The position numbers were made by a program, and so were the translations under genes. Below are positions 33,777 to 38,866 of a DNA stretch of 38,866 bases, one piece after another. Position 1 is the first letter of the stretch; each line of letters begins with the position of its first letter. The notes beneath the pieces are model-generated. The model was given only the letters and a program-made list of their open reading frames with translations, made no database searches and was not told the DNA's origin. Origin of the DNA: Thermoanaerobaculia bacterium (GTDB lineage: Bacteria; Acidobacteriota; Thermoanaerobaculia; UBA5066); assembly GCA_023717585.1 (NCBI GenBank), contig JAMQPJ010000419.1, forward strand, positions 1 through 38,866, read 5' to 3'.

Positions 33777-34613
33777 TCAGCGCTTCGTGACGATGAAGTG
33801 CGACCTGCGGTTAGAGGCGTAGGCCGTCTCGCTCGTGCCCGTAGCGAAAGGACGCTCTTCACCGACGGTCGTGACCGTCAGGCGGGCGGGCTCGATGCCG
33901 AGCTTGACCATGTGGTCATACGTCGCCTTCGAGCGCCTTTGGCCGAGCGCCAGGTTGTACTTGTTGGTGCCGCGGAGGTCGCAGTGGCCTTCAATCGTGA
34001 CCTGTGTGTCGGGATGGTTCTTGATCCACTCGGCCCCGCGCTGGAGCCGATCGTGGTACTCGGGTTTGATGACGGCCTTGTCGTAGTCGAAGAAGATGTC
34101 CTCGAGATAGCCGCCCTTCTGCGTAAGCGCCACCATCTCCTGCTCCACCGCGGGCGGCGGCGGGGGCGGCGGCGGGGGCGGGGGCGGGGTGGGAATCGGC
34201 GTCGGGGCGGGCGTCGGCGGGGGCGGCGGCGGATCGACGACGAACTTCACGCGCGACGTCTCGGCGCGCTTGCCATTGCGCATGACGAAGGCGTCGGCCT
34301 CGTGCGGGCCTGCGCCCACTCCCGTGAAGGTCGTGCAGAGCGGCTTCGCGTCGGCGGCGATCATCCGGCTCTGGCCGCCGTCGAGCGTCACTTCATACGC
34401 CTTGGGGGGGAAGGTGCAGTAGTCGCCCCCGACGGGCGTCACGCACACTTCGACGGGCGCGCCCTGCGCGAAGTGCGCGCCTTCGCCCGGCTTCGTGATC
34501 TTGAATCCGGCGCCCGTCGTGCACGTGCACGCGGCCATGAAAAGCGCGGCGAACAGCGCGACGCCGGCGCCCACGCGCCTCGAAATCGATTTCGGAAGGA
34601 AAGCTGAGATCAC
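33777..34613 (-). CDS. Pal-like OmpA-family lipoprotein with an N-terminal beta-rich domain and a polyproline linker
   Basis: 278 aa from GTG 34613, with AGGAGG 5 nt upstream. Signal and lipobox-like sequence VGAGVALFAALFMAAC. Linker DPPPPPPTPAPTPIPTPPPPPPPPPPPP. C-terminal OmpA peptidoglycan-binding domain IFFDYDKAVIKPE...TIEGHCDLRGTNKYNLALGQRRSKA...NRRSHF. Confidence 0.88.
   Translation of the reverse strand: MISAFLPKSISRRVGAGVALFAALFMAACTCTTGAGFKITKPGEGAHFAQGAPVEVCVTPVGGDYCTFPPKAYEVTLDGGQSRMIAADAKPLCTTFTGVGAGPHEADAFVMRNGKRAETSRVKFVVDPPPPPPTPAPTPIPTPPPPPPPPPPPPAVEQEMVALTQKGGYLEDIFFDYDKAVIKPEYHDRLQRGAEWIKNHPDTQVTIEGHCDLRGTNKYNLALGQRRSKATYDHMVKLGIEPARLTVTTVGEERPFATGTSETAYASNRRSHFIVTKR
34174..34193 (+). 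other. Canonical G-quadruplex motif G5-C-G5-C-G4-T-G3 on the + strand, the template strand of the Pal-like gene
   Basis: Direct reading: GGGGG (34174-78), C, GGGGG (34180-84), C, GGGG (34186-89), T, GGG (34191-93). It is embedded in an 80-nt near-pure G/C tract (34153-34232) that encodes the proline run on the opposite strand. Confidence 0.7.
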
Positions 34614-34638
34614 ATCGTCCTCCTGATCCTTCGGCCGG

Positions 34639-36138
34639 TCACGGCTGCTCGGGGCCGCGGTGATGGCGTTCGACGCGCGGAACCAGGCCGCCGTCGCCCT
34701 GCACGAGAGCGGGCTTCGAGAAAGAGAACATCGACGCGAGCTGGCTCGCGAAGTCGAGGGTGAAGATCTGCTCGATCGCCGTCGCCTTCTCGGCATCGTT
34801 CATCGGCGCCCACACGTACGACCCCGTGAACGGGCCGGAGAGCCCGCCGTTCGTCCCGCCCGCGAAGAGGTACGCCGAGAGGTTCACGCGGGGGATGGAG
34901 GCGCCGAAGTTCGCGTTCATGAACTGGATGACGTCGTCCGCGAGGAGCGCGTATCCGATCGGCGTGAGGTGGAAGCCGTCGTAGGAAAACGCCCCACCCG
35001 ACAGGAACGCGGCGTTGATCGTCGCGCCGCCGAAGTTGAATCCGGCCTTCAGACGCAGAAGGAAGTCGTTCACGTCGTAATACTTGTAACCCGAAGCCGT
35101 CGCGGCCGCCTTGATGGCGGTGTTGTAGTCGGTGCCGCGCTGCTTGAGGAAGGCGACGTCGGCGGCATAGATGAGGGCGCCCGGGTGCGTCGCGTCGATG
35201 GCCGCCGCGGGCAGGGGCTTGTTGCAGTTCGGCAGCGTCGGGGCAACCGCGCAGGGAATGCCGAAGCCGGACGGCAGGTACGCCGCGGCGTTGAGCGTGA
35301 CGAGCGTCGTGGGCGGGATCGCGCAGGCCGGAACGCCGGTGGCGCATCCCTTCGGTCCGAGGAGCGAAATCGGCGCGCCGCCCACGAGGACGAGCTTGCC
35401 GCCGCTCGTCAGGTACGGCGGAAGCGTCGTCGCGAACGGAATGCTCGTGACGTCGGCGACGCCGAAGACGAGTCCCTTCGGCTGCTTGCTCTTCAGCGTC
35501 GTGAGCGCGGTGTTGATGTCGGCCGTGAAGGGCGCGAGCGGCGTGACGGTCACGCCGTCGATGACGGTGCCGCTCAGCACGGCGCCGAGGTAGTCGTTGC
35601 CCACGTTCTCGAGGAAGACGAACGTCGGGTTGAGCGCGACGGCCTGGGCAATGGGCGAGCCGATGTGGAGCGCCGAGTTCCGGAGGACGAGGTCGATGAA
35701 CGAGCGGCAGGCTCCGGCGCTGGCCGTCTCGGCGCCCGTCGTGGCGCGCACCATGTCGCCGATCGCGCAGCCGGGAATCGAAAGGTTGTTGTAGGGGCGC
35801 GCCACCGCGAGGTTCGCCGGCGTGCCGTTTCCGGCCTCGCCGCCGAACGACGGGGCGAGCGACGTGAGGACCATGCAGTTGCCGAGGCCGGGGTCGTTGA
35901 CGATGGGCTGCTGGAAGTCGGCGACGTTCGCCGTCCGGGCGATGATCGCGATCGGCGAATCCACCTGGACGCGCTTCGTGAGGCAGCCTGAGGAGAAGCC
36001 GGCTCCCTCGGAATCACCGACGAATGCGATCCGGGTCAGGTCGACCTGGGCGGCGGCGGGAAGGGCGACGGCAGCCGCGAGAATGGCGGCGAAAGCCGCG
36101 GCGGAGACGAGGCGGAGGAGGGCAGTGGGAGTCTTCAT
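34639..36138 (-). CDS. Secreted SGNH/GDSL-family hydrolase (lipase/esterase-like)
   Basis: 499 aa. Signal peptide MKTPTALLRLVSAAAFAAILAAAVALPAAAQ. SGNH blocks: block I FVGDSEGAG, block III ENVGNDYL, block V DGFHLT. Ten Cys residues suggest disulfide-bonded extracytoplasmic folding. Confidence 0.8.
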   Translation of the reverse strand: MKTPTALLRLVSAAAFAAILAAAVALPAAAQVDLTRIAFVGDSEGAGFSSGCLTKRVQVDSPIAIIARTANVADFQQPIVNDPGLGNCMVLTSLAPSFGGEAGNGTPANLAVARPYNNLSIPGCAIGDMVRATTGAETASAGACRSFIDLVLRNSALHIGSPIAQAVALNPTFVFLENVGNDYLGAVLSGTVIDGVTVTPLAPFTADINTALTTLKSKQPKGLVFGVADVTSIPFATTLPPYLTSGGKLVLVGGAPISLLGPKGCATGVPACAIPPTTLVTLNAAAYLPSGFGIPCAVAPTLPNCNKPLPAAAIDATHPGALIYAADVAFLKQRGTDYNTAIKAAATASGYKYYDVNDFLLRLKAGFNFGGATINAAFLSGGAFSYDGFHLTPIGYALLADDVIQFMNANFGASIPRVNLSAYLFAGGTNGGLSGPFTGSYVWAPMNDAEKATAIEQIFTLDFASQLASMFSFSKPALVQGDGGLVPRVERHHRGPEQP

Positions 36139-36154
36139 GTTCTTCTGTGCTCCC

Positions 36155-37456
36155 TCAGAACGTCGACTTGATCGTGACGCCCGGCAGGATCGCGAACGTC
36201 TTGTAGGTGCCGTTGAAGTTGTCCTTGTTCGTCGAGACGGTTCTCTCGTGGAACCACAGGAACAGGCTCGAAACCTGGAATTCGAATTTTCCGGCCCGGA
36301 TGCCGGCGCCGATCGAACCGCCGACGCGATTCGAATCCGGCAGGAAAGGCGACACGTCGGCGTCGGGCTGCGGCGTCTGGTCGTACACGAACCCGCCCGC
36401 GAGCCAGCCCGCTTTCATCCTGTAGAGGAGGCCGGCGCGCACCGCCCACGCGTCCTCCCATTTGTGCACGAGGGTCGTGTCCGGGAGGCCGGAGATCCTC
36501 AGGACCGTCTGGTCGAAGACGCTCCACGTCGTGTAGTTGCCGTCCACTTCGAGCGTGAGGTTCGGCGTGAGGTCGTAGGCCAGCCCGAACATCGTGAGGG
36601 AGGGAAACTGGACCGTCGTCGTCGCGGGAACGGTCTGGCCGAGCGGAAGCTGGGCCGCGACGGCCGCGTCGAACTGCGCGTTGCCGGTCGGGATCTTGCC
36701 GAACTCGGCGCCGCCCTCGAGGTCGACGTCCATGTGGGAGTGGTACGCGATGCCGATGCGGAGGCGTTCGCAGGGCTTGACGAGAAGGCCCGCATTGAAG
36801 CCGACCGTAACGGGGGTGCCCGTCGAGACGATGCTGACGTGCGCCACGTCCACGACACGGTTCGTGAAGGGATTGAGGGCCGCGGCATTCCTGGAGAGCT
36901 TGACGTCCGTGAGACGGAACTCGGGGCCCGCGCCGATGGCGAGGGAGTCCGAGAGCTTGATCGCGAGCTGCGCCGACACGGCGAGCTGGCGGATGTCGGT
37001 GCGCTGGCTCAGGAACCGGCCCCTGAACGTGTCCGGGTTCTCCCAGGGCACGCCGAGGCCGTTCGGAGACCAGAAGCCGACCGCGAGCTTCACGTCCTTC
37101 GAGAGGCCGAGGACGCCGTACCCGTGTCCGATCGCGTAAAGCGACTTGCTCATCTCCGCGCGATAGCCGTCCCCCGGGAAGGGGCTCGCGCCGTCGAACT
37201 CAGCCGTGGGGCGAAGGATGATGAAGCCGCCTCCTTCCAGGGTGAGCCCTTTGTCGGTGAAAGCGTTGCCGGCGGGATTGAAGAACATCGCGGACGGGTC
37301 GTCCGCCGTGGCGACGAATGCGCCGCCCATGGCGGTCGCCTTCGAGCCTTGCTCGAAGAGCGCGAAACCCGCGCTCTCGACACGGCCCGCAGACGCGGCG
37401 GCCACGAGGCTGACGAGCACGACGGTCGCCAGCCGGTTGTGAATCGATTTGAACAC
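36155..37456 (-). CDS. FadL/TodX-family outer membrane transporter for hydrophobic compounds or long-chain fatty acids
   Basis: The N-terminal signature after the signal peptide, GFALFEQGSKATAMGGAFVATADDPSAMFFNPAG, is typical of FadL/TodX. Alternating beta-strand pattern throughout, with a C-terminal Phe. I prefer GTG 37456 (AAGGAGG 5 nt upstream, 433 aa) over the track start at 37471. Confidence 0.88.
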   Translation of the reverse strand: MFKSIHNRLATVVLVSLVAAASAGRVESAGFALFEQGSKATAMGGAFVATADDPSAMFFNPAGNAFTDKGLTLEGGGFIILRPTAEFDGASPFPGDGYRAEMSKSLYAIGHGYGVLGLSKDVKLAVGFWSPNGLGVPWENPDTFRGRFLSQRTDIRQLAVSAQLAIKLSDSLAIGAGPEFRLTDVKLSRNAAALNPFTNRVVDVAHVSIVSTGTPVTVGFNAGLLVKPCERLRIGIAYHSHMDVDLEGGAEFGKIPTGNAQFDAAVAAQLPLGQTVPATTTVQFPSLTMFGLAYDLTPNLTLEVDGNYTTWSVFDQTVLRISGLPDTTLVHKWEDAWAVRAGLLYRMKAGWLAGGFVYDQTPQPDADVSPFLPDSNRVGGSIGAGIRAGKFEFQVSSLFLWFHERTVSTNKDNFNGTYKTFAILPGVTIKSTF

Positions 37457-37495
37457 CGGTTCCTCCTTCACGTCACACTGAGGGGTAAAGCTGAA

Positions 37496-37518
37496 TGTCG
37501 ACAGTTTGACAGATATTA
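37496..37518 (-). promoter_or_regulatory. Candidate -10 element (TAATAT) and 8-bp palindrome TGTCGACA upstream of the FadL gene
   Basis: In an unusually AT-rich 103-nt spacer, the minus strand reads TAATAT (37518..37513), then CTGTCAAAC, then TGTCGACA (37503..37496). The palindrome lies about 40 nt upstream of the GTG at 37456. I found no convincing -35 element. An A7 tract lies just upstream of the -10. Confidence 0.3.
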
Positions 37519-37574
37519 CGGATTTTTTTGCCGGACGGCGGGAGAGTCAAGCTCTATTCGCAAGCGAATCGTTC

Positions 37575-38866
37575 TCAAACCGAATCGCGCGCGCGTGAGC
37601 CCAGAAAACCCACCGCGACGGCCCCGGGGCCCGTGTGCGCCGCGAGCACGGGAGCGATCTCGACGACGAAGGCGTCGGACCCCGGTCGCCGGGTCAGCAG
37701 CTCCCCGGCGATGCTTTCCGCGAGCCCGGCCGCCCCGAAGTGGGCCACCCCCCAGGTCGTCTCGGCGAGCCCCCTCGTCCTCGCGTGGGACTTCTCGACG
37801 AGTTTCACGCTCGCCCGGGGGAAGCCCCGGGCGGCGCCTCCGGGCCGGGCGCGCCCGAGGCCGTCCACGGTGATGAGGGGGACCACGCCGAGGGCGTTCG
37901 CGAGGGCCCGTTGGCCGGATGTGACGCGGCCCCCTTTCACGAGCGTGTCGAGCGACGGCACGGCGGCGTAGAGGCGAGCCCGCGCCGCCGCCGACTCGGC
38001 GGCGAGAGCCGCCTCGGCGAGGGTTCCTCCGCTCCGGGCGACGCGCGCGGCCTCCCGCACGATGAGACCTTGTGCGACGGACACGTTCCTGGAGTCCAGG
38101 ACGAGAACCGGAGCCAGTCCGCCATCGGCGCGGAGCGAGGTCGCCGCCGTGCGCGCGGCCGAGCACGTCCCCGAGAGGGCGCCCGAGACGTGGATCCCGA
38201 GCACCGGGGCTCCGTGCGCCGCGAGGGCGCCGTACACCTCCCGGAAATCGGCCGGCGGGGGCTGCGAGGTCCGCGCCGTGAACCGGCCCTCGGCCATCCG
38301 CTCGTGAAACGCGGCGGGCGTGATCGTGACCTTGTCGAGGAATGTCTCCTCGCCCAGGATGAGCCGGAGGGGAACGACGGTGACGCCCGCCGCCTCGAGG
38401 GCGGCCTCCGGCAGGTCGCACGCCGAATCCGTCACGACGGCGACGCGGCCGCGTTCGGCGAACCGGGCGCCCTGCTGGGCGCGCATATCCTCCACCTTCG
38501 TGTCGGAGACGGCGCCGAACTTCCGCACGACGTCGAACGCGTCCTCCGGGCGATTGACGTGAACGTGCACGCGGACCCGCGCGGCGCCGCCCACGACCGC
38601 GATCGAATCTCCGAGCGGCGCGAGAGCGCGCCGGATCGCGTCCCGGTCGAGCCGGTCACCCGCCACGAGCGCTTCCGTGCAGTAGCGGAAGAGTATCGAC
38701 TCGCGAGCCTCGCGGATGCGCGCCTCGACGCGGTCCTCGGGAGGCTCCGGCGGCGGCGCCACGGCGTTCCGCCCGAAGGCCGCCAGCGCCCCTTCGAGAA
38801 AGAGGACGAAGCCCCGGGCGCCCGCGTCCACGACCCCGGCGCGGCGCAGGACGGGAAGCTGCTCCC
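37575..38866 (-). CDS. Fusion protein: FakA/YloV-like (DAK2-family) middle region joined to a DegV/FakB fatty-acid-binding domain (5-prime end beyond window)
   Basis: The frame is open to the window edge. EQLPVLRRAGVVDAGARGF, FRYCTEALV, LGDSIAVV, VHVHVNRPEDA and KVEDMRAQ match the region after the DAK2 domain in YloV/FakA proteins. From about 38447 downstream the sequence is a typical DegV domain: VAVVTDSACDLP, VVPLRL, TSQPPPADF, HVSGALSGTCSAA. Confidence 0.8.
   Translation of the reverse strand, partial: EQLPVLRRAGVVDAGARGFVLFLEGALAAFGRNAVAPPPEPPEDRVEARIREARESILFRYCTEALVAGDRLDRDAIRRALAPLGDSIAVVGGAARVRVHVHVNRPEDAFDVVRKFGAVSDTKVEDMRAQQGARFAERGRVAVVTDSACDLPEAALEAAGVTVVPLRLILGEETFLDKVTITPAAFHERMAEGRFTARTSQPPPADFREVYGALAAHGAPVLGIHVSGALSGTCSAARTAATSLRADGGLAPVLVLDSRNVSVAQGLIVREAARVARSGGTLAEAALAAESAAARARLYAAVPSLDTLVKGGRVTSGQRALANALGVVPLITVDGLGRARPGGAARGFPRASVKLVEKSHARTRGLAETTWGVAHFGAAGLAESIAGELLTRRPGSDAFVVEIAPVLAAHTGPGAVAVGFLGSRARDSV

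Noticed and set aside
37521-37541. A T7 run next to the small GC hairpin GCCGGACGGC, considered as a terminator after the FakA/DegV fusion gene.
   Set aside because: On the minus-strand transcript the hairpin is followed by A7, not U. On the + strand the U-run precedes the hairpin and no + strand gene ends here. The geometry is wrong for an intrinsic terminator in either direction.
34610-37873. Alternative ORFs over the SGNH and FadL genes (34610..35347, 34660..35991, 35822..37873, 37516..38421).
   Set aside because: Arg/Gly/Asp-rich shadow frames. The SGNH blocks I, III and V and the FadL N-terminal signature identify the true frames.

Overview
GC-rich chromosomal segment in which third codon positions are almost all G/C. 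Outer-membrane genes (FadL, Pal/OmpA, MacA-type adaptor) indicate a diderm bacterium. The gene style resembles Acidobacteriota or Myxococcota, but that is inference only. I support 32 protein-coding genes in tight operons, many joined by 4-nt start/stop overlaps. I found no rRNA, tRNA, CRISPR array, transposase or integrase. Most other long ORFs in the six-frame track are Arg/Pro/Gly/Ala-rich shadow frames of real genes. Gene order, left to right:
- An MglA-like GTPase tail, convergent with a PilZ gene.
- The conserved phoH-ybeY-CNNM/CorC-era operon.
- Two small secreted proteins.
- A MacA adaptor with two FtsX-type permeases and a separate ATPase.
- An S9 peptidase.
- An ECF sigma / anti-sigma / secretin-N-like operon.
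- An ArsR-SRPBCC pair.
- A domain-permuted aconitase-family protein overlapping a small exported protein.
- A CARDB surface protein, a UvrD/PcrA helicase and an APC permease.
- A four-GAF histidine kinase, translationally coupled to a GAF-HD-GYP protein and then to a small exported protein. No receiver domain is visible anywhere in the window.
- A 1212-aa iron-sulfur flavoprotein that looks like a fused NfnB/GltD-like and NfnA/PyrK-like enzyme with an unknown N-terminal domain.
- An M23 peptidase and EF-P.
- A minus-strand lipid-scavenging block: a FakA-like/DegV fusion, a FadL channel, an SGNH esterase and a Pal-like lipoprotein with a 12-proline run.
The most interesting items:
- The FadL / SGNH / FakA-DegV fusion locus.
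- The giant fused flavoprotein.
- The receiver-less kinase / HD-GYP / exported-protein operon.
- Two probable CTG start codons embedded in CTGA stop/start overlaps; each restores a signal peptide.
- An EF-P lacking Lys or Arg at the canonical modified loop position, next to a polyproline gene whose DNA forms a strong G-quadruplex motif.
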